A DNA stretch of 64,000 nucleotides from Trypanosoma brucei (GCA_000002445.1 CP000068.1:320001-384000); one strand, 5' to 3'. Counted from the stretch's first letter, positions 32,618-45,367 are shown. Notes: generated by a model not told the origin, from the letters alone. Translations and numbers: made by a program.

Positions 32618-35017
32618 ATGGCCACGGCTGTTGTTGGGAAGAAAAAGGGAGGTGCAACTGTCGATCTCAAACAGCTACAGGAACCTGACTTTTGGAAGAC
32701 GCGTAATGCCATATTTGACGAATTGTATGCCGCCCAGCAGGAGAAATATAAATCCATGCAGAGCCCCATTTCCATCACCCTCAATGATGGAAAGCAGCTC
32801 CCTGCCACGAGCTGGCTCACAACGCCTATTGACATTGCGAAGAAGTTGTCCAATTCGCTCGCGGAAAGGGTTGTTGCTGCGCGTGTAAATGAAGAAATTT
32901 GGGACCTTACTCGACCTTTTGAGGGCGATGCCACACTTGAGCTGCTTGATTGGGACGATGCTGATGCTCGCCACGTTTTTTGGCACAGTTCCTCCCACGT
33001 GCTTGGTTATGCGCTGGAGCGAGTGTTCCAAACCCGCCTGTCCGTTGGCCCTGCACTTGAGGAGGGTGGTTTCTTCTATGAGGGTGAGACGAACCGCCCG
33101 GTGACGGAAGCGGATTACACCACGATAGAGACAGCGATGCAGGAGTTGGTCAAGATGAAGGTTCCATTTCAGCGCTTAACCGTAAAGAAGGAGGACGCCC
33201 TTCGACTCTTCCAGTACACAGAGTTTAAGAGCAAGATACTCGCAAGTAAGGTTCCTGAGAATGGCACTTGCACGGTGTATCGCTGCGGGAACCTTATTGA
33301 CCCCTGCCGCGGTCCTCACCTCCCCGACACCGGGCGCGTGAAGTCATTCTCCTTAACAAAGAACTCCTCTTCGTACTTTGAGGGGAAGGCGGAGAATGCT
33401 GTGTTACAGCGTGTCTATGGAATTTCATTCCCAAAGCAGACGATGTTAACGGAGTGGAAAAAACTTCAAGAAGAGGCCGCCCGTCGCGACCACCGCACTA
33501 TTGGCCGGCATCAACAGCTCTTCCATTTCCATGAGGCCTCTCCCGGTAACGCTTTCTGGCTCCCGCATGGTGCACGCATCTACAACACACTAATTGAGTT
33601 CCAGCGCAAGCAATATCGCCGACGGGGCTTCGAGGAGGTAGTGTCTCCTAACATGTTCTCATCCAGGTTGTGGATGGTCTCCGGTCACTGGGATAAGTAT
33701 GCTGACAATATGTTCCTCATCAATGTTGAAAAGGAGGACCACGGAATGAAGCCAATGAACTGTCCTGGACACTGCCTCATGTTTGCCATGCAGCCCCACT
33801 CGTACAGGGAGCTTCCTATTCGTTATGCTGATTTTGGGGTTCTGCATCGAAATGAGCTCAGCGGTGCTCTTACAGGGCTCACCCGAGTTCGTCGTTTTCA
33901 GCAGGATGATGCCCACATTTTCTGTCGGATGGATCAGGTGAAGGATGAGATCCACAGCGCTCTCATTTTTCTCAAGGATGTTTATGACGTCCTCGGCTTT
34001 AAGTTCTTTTTGAAGCACTCCACGCGGCCAGAAAACAAGCTCGGTTCAGATGAGATGTGGGATGAGGCGGAGTCCTACTTGCAGGCAGCCCTCAACAGCT
34101 TCTGCGGGATCCCCGACGAGCTTCCTGACCCATTTAACAAGGGTTCCACCTTTGTATACGATGGCCGCAAGGAGAGCGTTAAAAAACTTCGGGCAATGCT
34201 GAAGAAGCGTGGAGACAAGAAAAACGACGAGAACTCACCCGCAGATGATGTGTGGCCGGGCCCAACACATGAGGATGCATGGGAGGAAAACACCGGTGAC
34301 GGTGCTTTCTATGGGCCAAAGATTGACATCGTTGTTGAAGATGCTTTGCGCCGACGGCATCAATGTGCGACCATCCAGCTTGACTTCAACTTACCGAAGC
34401 GGTTTGGTCTCAAGTACACTCTGCCGAGCAATGCAGCGGGCGATGATGGCCCAGCGCCAAAGGCCACCGAGTGCCACAAAGATCCGAACGCGGAATTAAA
34501 AGCTGACAAACCGGAGGGGAAGGTGGAGGCTGCTGCGGGAGCACCGAAGTCGTCCTACGAGAAGGCTGCACACGAACTCAACATTGACCAGCGTTTGGAT
34601 GCCAATCAGGCTCGACCTGTGATGATTCACCGTGCCATTTTCGGTTCTTTGGAGCGCTGCATTGCGATCCTCTGCGAGCACTACGGCGGTGACTGGCCCT
34701 TCTGGCTGAGCCCGCGGCAAGTTATTGTCGTGCCTGTTTCGCTCGAGAACGCTGCGTACGCACAAACGGTGCGCGACACGTTTTTTGCTGCAGGCTTCTT
34801 TGCTGATGTGGACAACGGCACTGCGACGTTGGAGAAGAAGATTCGGAATGCGGAACTGGCACGGTACAACTTCATACTTGTTGTGGGACAAGCTGAGCAA
34901 GAGGGGCAGAGTGTCAATGTGAGGACTCGTGACAATCGCCGGCACGGCACGAAAACGTTGGATGAGGCATTACAATGGTTGCGAGAATTGGCCGATAAAT
35001 ATGATCCGTCCTTCTAA
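32618..35017 (+). CDS. ThrRS: Threonyl-tRNA synthetase (class II aaRS)
   Basis: TGS-like N-terminus. The second additional domain carries the editing-site motif 'HSSSHVLGYALE' / 'CRGPHLPDTGRV'. Class II motif 2 'GLTRVRRFQQDDAHIF' and motif 3 region 'PVMIHRAIFGSLERCIAIL' are present, followed by a C-terminal anticodon-binding domain. The start is set at ATG 32618 ('MATAVVGKKKGG') after the pyrimidine tract, giving 799 aa. Confidence 0.93.
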   Translation: MATAVVGKKKGGATVDLKQLQEPDFWKTRNAIFDELYAAQQEKYKSMQSPISITLNDGKQLPATSWLTTPIDIAKKLSNSLAERVVAARVNEEIWDLTRPFEGDATLELLDWDDADARHVFWHSSSHVLGYALERVFQTRLSVGPALEEGGFFYEGETNRPVTEADYTTIETAMQELVKMKVPFQRLTVKKEDALRLFQYTEFKSKILASKVPENGTCTVYRCGNLIDPCRGPHLPDTGRVKSFSLTKNSSSYFEGKAENAVLQRVYGISFPKQTMLTEWKKLQEEAARRDHRTIGRHQQLFHFHEASPGNAFWLPHGARIYNTLIEFQRKQYRRRGFEEVVSPNMFSSRLWMVSGHWDKYADNMFLINVEKEDHGMKPMNCPGHCLMFAMQPHSYRELPIRYADFGVLHRNELSGALTGLTRVRRFQQDDAHIFCRMDQVKDEIHSALIFLKDVYDVLGFKFFLKHSTRPENKLGSDEMWDEAESYLQAALNSFCGIPDELPDPFNKGSTFVYDGRKESVKKLRAMLKKRGDKKNDENSPADDVWPGPTHEDAWEENTGDGAFYGPKIDIVVEDALRRRHQCATIQLDFNLPKRFGLKYTLPSNAAGDDGPAPKATECHKDPNAELKADKPEGKVEAAAGAPKSSYEKAAHELNIDQRLDANQARPVMIHRAIFGSLERCIAILCEHYGGDWPFWLSPRQVIVVPVSLENAAYAQTVRDTFFAAGFFADVDNGTATLEKKIRNAELARYNFILVVGQAEQEGQSVNVRTRDNRRHGTKTLDEALQWLRELADKYDPSF

Positions 35018-38000
35018 TCAAACGTGTTGAGTGTCCGGTACGTAGGGCTTCTAATAGCATGGTAGTGAGTTATTGAGACAAAACTTCTTCTTTTTTCTCT
35101 TTTTTCCATCGTCTGCGTTCGTGATGACTTTCTTTCCACTTTTGTCCTCGCCCTTGGTACACTCACGTGCCCGATGGTTGTGTTGGGTGGTTCACAATGC
35201 GTCAGCAAGCATTTGTCCGTTTATGTTCCAAATGTGAGAAACGCTCCCCCTCCCCCCTTTCCACCTATTGGGAGTGCAATCCCTCTAGCTTTTATCCTTT
35301 TGATCACTTTTTTTTTTTTTTGTCATCTTTGATGGAGCGCACGCGTTGATATGATGCGTGGAAGAGTGAGGGGTGGGGGACAACTAAGCTTGAAGAGGAA
35401 GTAGAGTGGATTGTGAGGAGAATTGAGGTGTAGGAAATATGGTAGGCGAAGGCGTGTGTAGATGAACCGTAGTGCTGTAATGTGAGGAAACGGAAAGGGA
35501 AGGGAAGGGAAGGGAAAAACAACAACAGCAACAACAAAAGATGGAAAGGAGTGTAAAGGAGGGAAGGATGGTGCCGCACGGGTACCGCCACCGGTTTTGT
35601 TAAAATATTTAAGCTTTTAAGATTGGGCGAATTTCAACCCAATGCGGTTTTGTGCACTCATAAGAGAGAAAAGATGTGGGTGAACACAACCACACATACG
35701 CGCATGCGAAGGGTGGATGAGGTTTGCAGTGATTCAACGTGTTGTAAAAGAGCCCGAAACAATGAGATGGGGTTGTTTGCGTCTCACTTTTGGCTTTGGT
35801 GTCTTGCCATATAAATGAAAAATTAAAACCTTATTGTCATTGTTGTTATTACTGTTGTTATCTTCTGAAATCGATGAAGGGAAGGGGCACAAGCAGTTGG
35901 AGCAGTAGCAAGGCAAAGGAGCGATGCGCAACCAAAGAACTTAGGGTGAAAAAAGAAGTCAAGAATGAGTATGGGACTTACAGACAAATATGAAACTAGA
36001 AAATATGAAAAGAAAAAATAATGCATACGGGGACCTTTCCCTTCCCACTGAATTCGTACATTTATTTATACTGACCGCTCATGTACATACGCAACTGTAC
36101 CACACAAACGTATGCATGCGAATGTAGGTATATATCTGAATAAATAAATAGATATATTCGCGCATATGTTCGGTTATGGCTGAGTTGTTCTGTGGTGACT
36201 GCGTCGCGGATCATTATAGTCGGAGCTCTTCTACATGAATATAATGACATGCGTTGGAGGGAGCATATGCAGCCCTTGTGGCTACAACCATAGCGCCTCC
36301 CTCACCCTTAATTCCTTTAAGCATTAATGCGGTTACGTGCCTTTAAAGGTGATGGTTGACAGCATTTTCATGTGAAAGCAAGAAACTAAAAAAAGAAAAA
36401 AAAAAGAAGGAAAGGGGGAAGGGGGAGAGGAGGGGACACAAAATGGTAAATGTATCGGAGTGTAGCTGATAAAGCAAGGCGTGACGAGCTGATAAAGCAA
36501 GGCGTGACGAGATACGGAGAGGTGCCATTGGTGACTAAAGTTAAAATGAGGGATAAAGGAATGATAGCAGAAAAACAAAAGCAGGAAGCACACACACACA
36601 CACAAAAAAAAAAAGGGCAGGAAGCATGAAAAGAAAATTGAGGGGGTTGATCTGACTTACCTAAGATGTGAGGAAGGAAAGGGAAGATGTGATGTTGATG
36701 CAACTCGGGACACGCACGCAGACACAAAAGGAAAGTTCCTTCGCTTGGGACCATTGGAAAGAGTACATTTTTTCGAGGCGGTTGGGGCAGTGATCACGCG
36801 TCGGTTTTGGCATCAATAACGTTCTTATTATGCATTTGTATTTTTTTTTTTCACTCTTGAATCATGAAAGAATTTCTATGAAAACAAACTCATAGCTTCA
36901 TTTTGTACTTCTTTTTGAACTTGTGCGGCGGTTCCTTTCCTCTATTCTCGTTTCTCCATGGCATTATTCTTTTTTATATACAAACACTGAGCTGAATTGA
37001 ATTATGCAGCAGCGAAGAAGAAGGGAGGCATTTTTACTGTTGGACGGCGCATGTAATTATATATCGTATCAAACTGTTGTTGTTGTTGTTTTTCCCAAGA
37101 GTCCAAATGGTGGGAAAGTGACGGGAATTTGAAAAAAAAAAGGAGAGGAGACAAAAATGAAGCGAGATAAGAAGGTAAGCAGCAACGAAAAAAAAAACGG
37201 AAATAAGGAGTATGCTTAAAACGAAATGTGTATTTTCCCGCGCGAATGTTTGTTTTGTTGATGCGTTTATTTGTTTGTCCATTACTTTTGTTATTGACTT
37301 CTATTTTACTTAGTACCATGCCATAACGGCAGTTTGTTGTAAATTGTGCCCAATCGATTTGAAAATTTCTTCTTCCCCCCTTTCATTCCCTCTCTTCTTC
37401 TTTTTTTTAAAAAAAATAAAAATAATCACTTTATATTACTTGTGTGAGTGTTTGTGTGTACTTCATATGGGTTCCATTACTATTATTTTGTTTTATTACC
37501 GTTAACGTTATAATTATTTTTATTACCATTATCATCATCGCTTTTACTACCTGTTCACTTTTATGAATTTGTTCTTGTCTGTTTTTTCTTTTTTTTCTTT
37601 ACCCCTCCCCCAAAATAACTCACTTCCTCGTGATGGGGCTGCACGGCGGAGCATTTTTTTCTTTGTGTGTGTGTGTTTGTGTGTGATTTTTTTTTTTTCG
37701 TTTCAATTACTTCTTTCCCTACTCTTTGTTACCGCCCCTAACACGAGCTGCAGCTAAAGGGGAATATCGGCGCTTTTGTAGAAAAAAAAGTGGATGAATA
37801 ACTCGATTACCGAATGGGAAAATTTAGAGAAGAAGGGGTGCAGAGGAGAGGAAAGAGAAGTAATCCCACACGATGTGACTGTTCAACATGAAATTGACAT
37901 ATTTCGATTATTGGGTTAAGACATTTTTGGAAGTTGGGCGCGTTACAATCAAATCAAATGAAACGCTGCGAAGTGAAGTCGGGGATGTTTGCAGTCGTCG

Positions 38001-38388
38001 CGAGTGAGTGATAAACAAAAAAAGAAGAGAGAAGGGGAATCGCAGACAACAGAACAAGGCAGTAGCGAGTAGGGCGAGGAGGTGCCGCCATCTCGGACTT
38101 GTTTTTTTTTACATCTTTGTGTTTTGGAGGATACCTCTGTTGTTTTTTTGTTTTATTTCTTTTTCGCTCCCCGTTTCTTCGTACCCGGCCGCTGTAATTC
38201 ATTCCACGTCCCCCCGGTTAAGGTCACTTAGAGAACATATACAGCTACATATACCAGGCAACAGTAACAATTCACAGTGAACAGTTTATTTCAACAGAGA
38301 CATTCATAAAAAGTGAAACCCAGGGAGAGGCGAGGCGGAGGAAAGGGGAAAAGCAACAACAACAACAACTTAATTTGAACAAAAGTAA

Positions 38389-40356
38389 ATGGACTGCGGC
38401 GCCGGTTTTGCCTTGGGGCAACAACTTGCGAAGGATGCCCTTCACATGCAGGGCGGGGTGCGTCCTGGGACCACTGGCAACGTGGAGCAAGATGCTCTTA
38501 TGACTGGCATGATGGTACCACCCACCGGGCCCATGGAAGACTGGGCTCAGCACTTTGCTGCCCATCAACATCACCACCAGCAGCATCAACAAATGATGAT
38601 GCAGCGGCAACATAACGATGCGCTCATGATTCAGCAGCAGCATCGGGATATGGAGGAGGCATTTCGCGCATCCGCCAGAGCTGGGGCACCACAGCAAGCC
38701 AACGCTGGACCTCTTATGATGCCTCCAGGTCCAATGATGATGGCAGGGGGAATGGCTCCTATGATGCACGCTGGTGGTTTTATGATGGGCGGGATGCCGC
38801 AAATGATGCCATGTACTCCCATGGGAATGAACATGGGGATGGCGCCAGTAGCAACAATGAACCCAGCAACGACAAGTACAGTAAGTGGTGCTAGAGAGGG
38901 TGCCACTGCAGTATCTTCTGCAGCACCGGGTGTGGTGGATTTGGGTGGTGACAGCGCATGGGCGGAGAAATTGCACCAGGCGGAGTGGGGACAGGATTAC
39001 AAGGATGTTGAGGTGCATACGGTGGAGGGCTCAACGGCACAAACTGTAGAAGAACATGCCAAGACGTCCAAATTTTATGAGTTTATGGATAAGATACGCA
39101 AAAAGGAACTTCTTGTTGATGAGGATTCAGGGGAGGTTGTTCAGGGACCGGGCCCAGACCCGGATGTGGAGGCTGACACAGAGTATTTGGCTAGGTTGGC
39201 TGCTATGGAGGGCATAAACGTACCGCCCAGTGTCATGGACCACATGCAGGGACAAGACGGCGTTCAGAGGGGGACCGATGAGGATATGGAAGGAATGATG
39301 GGTGATGATGTGTACGACCCCAGCGCCGACGTTGAGCAGTGGGCACAGGAATACGCTCAAATGCAGGCCATGCAGGAGCGTCTGCAGAACAACACAGACT
39401 ATCCGTTTGAGGCCAACAACCCATATATGTACCACGAAAACCCCATGGAGGAGGGTCTTTCAATGTTAAAGCTAGCTAACCTTGCGGAGGCTGCGCTCGC
39501 TTTTGAAGCGGTGTGCCAAAAGGAGCCTGAACGTGAGGAGGCTTGGCGGTCTCTGGGCTTAACTCAAGCTGAGAATGAGAAGGACGGTCTCGCCATCATC
39601 GCACTCAACCATGCACGCATGTTGGACCCGAAGGACATTGCAGTGCACGCCGCGCTCGCGGTGTCCCACACAAATGAACACAATGCCAATGCGGCACTGG
39701 CTTCGTTACGGGCATGGCTGTTGTCGCAACCGCAGTATGAACAGCTTGGCTCAGTTAACCTGCAAGCGGACGTCGACATAGATGATTTGAATGTACAGAG
39801 CGAAGATTTCTTCTTTGCGGCTCCAAATGAGTACAGAGAGTGCCGTACGCTCCTCCATGCAGCCCTGGAGATGAACCCCAATGACGCTCAGTTACACGCA
39901 AGCCTTGGTGTATTGTACAACCTTTCCAATAATTATGACTCTGCGGCTGCTAACCTCCGCCGCGCTGTGGAACTTCGACCCGACGACGCGCAACTGTGGA
40001 ACAAACTCGGCGCGACTCTCGCAAATGGCAACCGACCGCAAGAAGCTCTGGATGCGTATAACCGCGCACTTGACATCAACCCGGGATATGTGCGTGTCAT
40101 GTATAATATGGCGGTTTCCTACTCTAACATGTCACAGTATGATCTCGCGGCGAAGCAACTGGTACGCGCGATTTATATGCAAGTGGGCGGCACAACTCCG
40201 ACAGGAGAGGCCTCTCGTGAAGCCACGCGCTCCATGTGGGACTTCTTCCGTATGCTTCTGAACGTTATGAACCGTCCGGACCTCGTGGAACTGACATATG
40301 CTCAAAATGTGGAGCCATTCGCAAAGGAGTTTGGCCTGCAGTCTATGTTACTGTGA
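38389..40356 (+). CDS. PEX5: Peroxin 5 (PEX5), PTS1 import receptor for glycosomes/peroxisomes
   Basis: N-terminal half has W-x-x-x-F/Y pentapeptides ('WAQHF', 'WAEKL', 'WAQEY') and a Met/His/Gln-rich low-complexity stretch. The C-terminal half is TPR repeats ('...AWRSLGLTQAENEKDGLAIIALNHARMLDP...', '...LWNKLGATLANGNRPQEALDAYNRALDINPGYVRVMYNMAVSY'). The 655-aa length equals the published length of T. brucei PEX5. Confidence 0.92.
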   Translation: MDCGAGFALGQQLAKDALHMQGGVRPGTTGNVEQDALMTGMMVPPTGPMEDWAQHFAAHQHHHQQHQQMMMQRQHNDALMIQQQHRDMEEAFRASARAGAPQQANAGPLMMPPGPMMMAGGMAPMMHAGGFMMGGMPQMMPCTPMGMNMGMAPVATMNPATTSTVSGAREGATAVSSAAPGVVDLGGDSAWAEKLHQAEWGQDYKDVEVHTVEGSTAQTVEEHAKTSKFYEFMDKIRKKELLVDEDSGEVVQGPGPDPDVEADTEYLARLAAMEGINVPPSVMDHMQGQDGVQRGTDEDMEGMMGDDVYDPSADVEQWAQEYAQMQAMQERLQNNTDYPFEANNPYMYHENPMEEGLSMLKLANLAEAALAFEAVCQKEPEREEAWRSLGLTQAENEKDGLAIIALNHARMLDPKDIAVHAALAVSHTNEHNANAALASLRAWLLSQPQYEQLGSVNLQADVDIDDLNVQSEDFFFAAPNEYRECRTLLHAALEMNPNDAQLHASLGVLYNLSNNYDSAAANLRRAVELRPDDAQLWNKLGATLANGNRPQEALDAYNRALDINPGYVRVMYNMAVSYSNMSQYDLAAKQLVRAIYMQVGGTTPTGEASREATRSMWDFFRMLLNVMNRPDLVELTYAQNVEPFAKEFGLQSMLL

Positions 40357-40546
40357 GAGCGTAAAGGCATTCTGCTTATGTGTATGTGCGCACGTGTCGC
40401 CAGGGGAAAGGTATGCATGCGTGTGTGTGGAAATTGAAGGAAACAAAACCCGCCCGCGTATGTATGGAAAGGTGATATTAGGGGCCAATTTTCTTTACCT
40501 CTTCCTCTGATCGGTAACATAAGTGAAGCCAAATCCAAAAAAAAAA

Positions 40547-40548
<2 letters not shown>

Positions 40549-40619
<71 letters not shown>
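40549..40619. repeat. (AT)n microsatellite, about 35 units, about 190 nt downstream of the PEX5 stop
   Basis: Uninterrupted 'atatat...' from 40549 to 40619. Confidence 0.95.
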
Positions 40620-40622
<3 letters not shown>

Positions 40623-41355
40623 GATGGAATGGATAAATAATAAATTGAGGGATGGAAGGAACGGTAACGGCCACGTTTATAATCGATAATGGTGGGCTGG
40701 ATACGAATTTGAGCGGGTGAGAACTTGAGCGGGCGAATGAAGCTGACGATTTGGGCGGACCAACGGGTGAGTGACTGAAAACGGTAGTGAGGTTTAAGAC
40801 TAAATTGTAAAGTTCTCTTGAGGAGGGAGCTAAGAGAAGGGGAATAAAAAGATAATATCGCAGGGCTTGTGCCAATCAAACAGCACCCGCGGAGGCAAAT
40901 ATTTCCAGTTTGTTTTTCGTTTGGAAACTTTCTTTCACCCCGTGTTGTTGCTCTTGTTTCCCTCGGTATTTGGTATTGTTGCTGAATGCAGTTACTTTGC
41001 GTTAGTGGTGGAGTGGTCAAAAGTTTGTGTTTACGCTGAGGAAAAAGGAAAAAAAATGTCTGGCCGTAGCTCGAACAATATATATTACAAACAGGGTCAT
41101 ATGTGCGCTGTTACACGCAATGATATGCCGTGCGTTTTGAAATGAAAGATGACGGTGATAGGAGGGGTGGTGTAAAACTAAGAGGGAAATAATGCAACTT
41201 AATAATATTAAAAAGGGGTGCAGTGATGGACATTTGGGAGCCAAGAGGGAGGAGTATCAAGAAAGAAGATGCAAGGAAGGACAAACGCAGGATATGAAGT
41301 GCAAGGCGATGGATGGAGTAAAGGATTAGAGAAAAGAAGGGTGGGAAGCAGGTTC

Positions 41356-41358
<3 letters not shown>

Positions 41359-41388
<30 letters not shown>
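41359..41388. repeat. (TA)15 microsatellite
   Basis: 'gtttatatatatatatatatatatatatatataag'. Confidence 0.9.
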
Positions 41389-41390
<2 letters not shown>

Positions 41391-42271
41391 TTTTATTTAT
41401 TTGTTCGAGACAATAAACTGCTGGCGGGGGACTTGCCCTTTTCTTTTCTTTTCTCTTCTTTGATCGTGCGTATATACATATTTATGTATTTGGTACTTCG
41501 TACCCGTTGTTTTAGCCTGTATTTTACTGGCCGTTGGCTTCCTTGTTTCATTTGACTACCGTCAATCAGTTTATTGCATTACTACTGCGTCTTGACTCTT
41601 GCCATCTCCCCCTCACTTTCCCTTTGATGGAAGCTCCAAACTGTTCGGTTTGGCACGGCGCGAAGGCATGAGAGCCTCACGGTACATGTTGAAGATTAAA
41701 TGTATCCGTGATGAGACTATGGCGAATGGAGGGAAGGATGCCCTGAGCACAAGCTGCAACATTGTTCAACAGCACAAGTGTATTCGTGATATTTATAAGC
41801 ACATGTGCGCGTGTGTGAGTGTGTGTGTGTGTGTGTGGTGATAGCAGCACTCATAATATGTGCGTTAACTGTTCTCATGCGAAGCCCTTCGTGCTTACTT
41901 TTCATCCGTCTTGGTATTACCGTTGCTTCAATGACATGCGGTCCTTGGGGTTGTGTCCCTTGTGCTGTTGTTGTTGTGTTTCCTCCCTTCGTCTTCTTTT
42001 GGCTGAATCCAGTCTCACTTATTTATTTCACCACCCTTCTTTACCATTATTACTGTCATTGTTAATCTCCTTTGTCTTCTCTCCGTGTTTTCAGAGCTGC
42101 TGTGGGAGCTTTCCTGTGCTGCTATATCCTTAACACTTCACTCTCACTAACCACACCCTTGTCTTCCTCTTTATCATTATTGTCGTCGATTCGCGGTAAT
42201 TAACGTTTCGTCGTTTTTTTTGTTTTTCTTTCACGCATAGGGACCACAAGGGAAACCACCGAAGGAACCAA

Positions 42272-43054
42272 ATGGGGAAGACAGTGCTTACCTGCCGTAA
42301 GGGCAACGGCTCTGTGTACCAGGTGCATGGCCACAAGCGGCTCGGACCCGCGAAGCTGCGCATTCTCGACTACGCCGAGCGTCACGGTTTCATGCGCGGT
42401 GTTGTGAAGGCCATCGAACACGAGCCTGGTCGCGGTGCTCCGCTGGCGCGCGTTGAGTTCCGCCACCCGTATAAATACCGCCGCGTGAAGGAATTGATGG
42501 TCGCTCCGGAAGGCATGTTCACCGGACAGTCGATGCTCTGTGGTGTTAAGGCACCGCTTGCTATTGGGAATGTCCTGCCACTCGGTCAAATCACGGAGGG
42601 TTGCATCGTTTGCAACGTGGAGGCGAAGGTTGGCGACCGCGGTACCCTCGCCCGTGCTTCTGGCGACTATTGCATTATTATTTCGCACAACACTGAAACG
42701 GGTCGCACCCGCCTCAAGCTTCCAAGCGGCCAGAAGAAAACGGTTCCCAGCAGCTGCCGTGCCATGATTGGCATCGTCGCCGGTGGTGGCCGTATTGAAA
42801 AGCCGGTCCTTAAAGCCGGTAATTCCTTCTACCGCTTCCGTGGCAAACGCAACTGCTGGCCCAAGGTACGTGGTGTGGCTCGTAACCCCGTGGAGCACCC
42901 TCACGGTGGTGGTAACCATCAACATATTGGCCACCCCTCCACCGTCTCGCGCCACGCCCCACCCGGACAGAAGGTTGGTTTAATTGCCGCCCGTCGCACG
43001 GGTCGGATTCGCGGTAGCAGAGCTGTCAGGGGCGCATGGCATCCTGAAGAGTAA
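42272..43054 (+). CDS. RPL8: 60S ribosomal protein L8 (uL2)
   Basis: Full-length uL2: '[39 protein letters not shown]...', '[42 protein letters not shown]'. 260 aa. Confidence 0.96.
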   Translation: MGKTVLTCRKGNGSVYQVHGHKRLGPAKLRILDYAERHGFMRGVVKAIEHEPGRGAPLARVEFRHPYKYRRVKELMVAPEGMFTGQSMLCGVKAPLAIGNVLPLGQITEGCIVCNVEAKVGDRGTLARASGDYCIIISHNTETGRTRLKLPSGQKKTVPSSCRAMIGIVAGGGRIEKPVLKAGNSFYRFRGKRNCWPKVRGVARNPVEHPHGGGNHQHIGHPSTVSRHAPPGQKVGLIAARRTGRIRGSRAVRGAWHPEE

Positions 43055-44034
43055 AGGCGGAACATTGCTGCAGGTTGTGGTGTGGTGTGATGTGATGTGT
43101 ATATCAGCATATGGCACTGTTGCAAAAGAGATTGCCGCCATGATTTTGATGTCATGAAATGTCTGCCGCCTGCTTGTTTTTTTTCTTTTCTTTTTTACAA
43201 ATTTTACTTCTTCCAATTCATTCGTTGTCACTTCATGCCGCTTTCACACACCTTCGACATGTGTGATGATTCACCGATGTTGGAGCCGGCTGGAGGTCTT
43301 GTTTGTGCGGAGTGTGTCATTTGGATGAGGCAAATAAAAAGTAAAACGGTGGCGGCAGGATTAATGCGTGATTGTCATGAGTGTTGTGGAGGCGTTTGCA
43401 TGTGTTGATAAATGCATTGGACAGGGAGGAAGGCATGAAATGAGGAATAATGAAGAAAGGCAAAGGGGAGGATAGCGCTCACTCGCCACTCCTCTCGGAT
43501 CCTTCTCTTCGTCTACTGTTTTTTTTCTTTTTTCTTTTTTGCTAATTGCTTTCCCTCCCTGTTCTGCATTTCATTCATTCATCACCATCATCTTGCTTTG
43601 TTCCCTAATGTGTGTGTGCGTGTGAGTCTCCGATTCCGGTCTTTATTTTCTTCTTTCCTTGTTATTTTCTGCTTTAAAAAAAAATACAAACAAATAAACA
43701 ACTCTTCCGATGGGTGCGTTCAGTCATCTGATGTGAACTGAACCAGAAAGGAATAACGTGTATCATTTCTTCTGTTGTGTTGTTTCTACAGTTAATCTCA
43801 CTTGTTTCCTTCTTTTTCCCTCTTCTCATTATTTTTATTTTCTCGACTCAGTTAGTTCAGTTGAAGCAGAAGCAGTCCCTTTTCACTTCTGTTTTCTGTT
43901 TTCTGTTTTTTTTTTTTAATTTTATCTGGCGTTGCCATCATCATCATCTTCATCCTCCTCCTCCTTGTCGTCGTCACTGTTACTACTGTCATTATTGTTA
44001 TTATTTTTCTCTCCTTGCACCCCCAGTCCTTTTT

Positions 44035-44175
44035 TATTTCACGGAAGCCGGTTTCCCCTTCATTGTTATTATTATTATTATTACCGGTGTGTTATTGTCT
44101 TCAGTTACCGTTATTGTATTCTTATATTTTTATTATTGTCATTATTATTATTATTATTATCATCATCATCGTTCG
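44035..44175. repeat. (ATT)n / (ATC)n trinucleotide repeat cluster
   Basis: 'cattgttattattattattattaccgg ... cattattattattattattatcatcatcatcg'. This produces spurious low-complexity ORFs (43777..44331 and others). Confidence 0.85.
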
Positions 44176-45335
44176 TATCGGACGGGTCGGTCTGCATTCA
44201 TTTCAATATTATTTGTGCAGCGGTTGTGGTGCGCTGAAAGTGACGAACACAACAGCAACAGAAGGAAGTTCACCACCAATACAAAAAAAAGAGAAAAAAA
44301 AGAAAGAAAAAAAAGAGTGAGAGTAAGTTAGTAAGTGAGACGTGAAAAAAAAGAAAGAGGGGAAAAAAGAAAGAAAGGAATAAGAACAACAACAACAACA
44401 CGAACAAACAAGAAAAGGAGGGGAAGGTGAAAGGGCTTCAAGTGCAAGGAGAAGAAAGAAAAAAAAGGAAAAGAAAAGGGAAAAGTAAGAGCAACATCAA
44501 AGGAAGCGTGGTTAATATCAAAAGGAAAATATTTTAATTAAATAACGGGGCACATATCATTTTCAACTCACCATATTGAAAAAGAAACAGGTGGTAAGGA
44601 CGAAGGAGGAAAAAAAAACAGGAGAAATTAAAGAAAAAAAAGATAATTTAAATATATACAAACAAACACAGCTACGGAAAGGGAAAATAGGAGTGAGAAA
44701 GAGGGTGTAATTTCTTCCTTTTATATTCACGCTTCTGTACCATTTATTCAGCGGTGACGATAAGGCCTGTTCTACGTGAAGAGGGTGAAACGACAATAAT
44801 CAACACCAACAAAATAAAAGGTAGACAAACAGTGAAGAACAGAACGGGATTAAGCGGACGAGTTTCCATATTATTTCCAATATTATTGAGTGCGTGGGTG
44901 TGTACATATATTGTATTAAGAGTTGTAGCTTTTTGCTGAGACGAATAAAAGTTGCGTATATTCAACGACGACAGCAGCAACACTAACAAGTGAAGTCAAG
45001 TCAATTAGAAGGAGCCCACTATTCACACGGTTCCTGGAGAAGAAACAGGAAAAGGATATATATATATATATTCTTAAGAAGTGACGGGGGTGGGAAATAA
45101 AGGAGTTAAGAATTTGTACCAGTGACAGAGTAAAGGTGACAACACCGGTGCTTTATTAAGCAGCATATATTGGGGGAGGTAGGCGTGTGTGTGTCTGTGT
45201 TGGGGCGAAAACAAGGAAGCGGAAGTCTTTCAACACGAGTGAAAGGAAAAACAAGAAGATTAGAAATAAAAGAAAAAAGAAGAAAAAATAAAAGTAAGAA
45301 TTGAAGCAGAGGAAGAAAAGGAATCATCACACATA

Positions 45336-45367
45336 AACACACACACACACACACACGCACACACACA
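45336..45367. repeat. (CA)n microsatellite about 50 nt upstream of the giant gene ATG
   Basis: 'acacacacacacacacacgcacacacacaaaag'. Confidence 0.9.

Noticed and set aside
38272-39018. 248-aa His/Cys-rich ORF on the - strand
   Set aside because: It lies fully antisense to the low-complexity His/Gln/Met-rich N-terminal half of PEX5, an expected codon-bias artefact. The competing ORF 38631..38906 - is equally artefactual.
43777-44331. 184-aa and overlapping 101-aa ORFs with poly-Ser/Leu/Tyr/Ile composition
   Set aside because: They are translations of (ATT)n/(ATC)n trinucleotide repeats and T-rich intergenic DNA. The same segment is open in several frames, which is typical of simple-sequence DNA.
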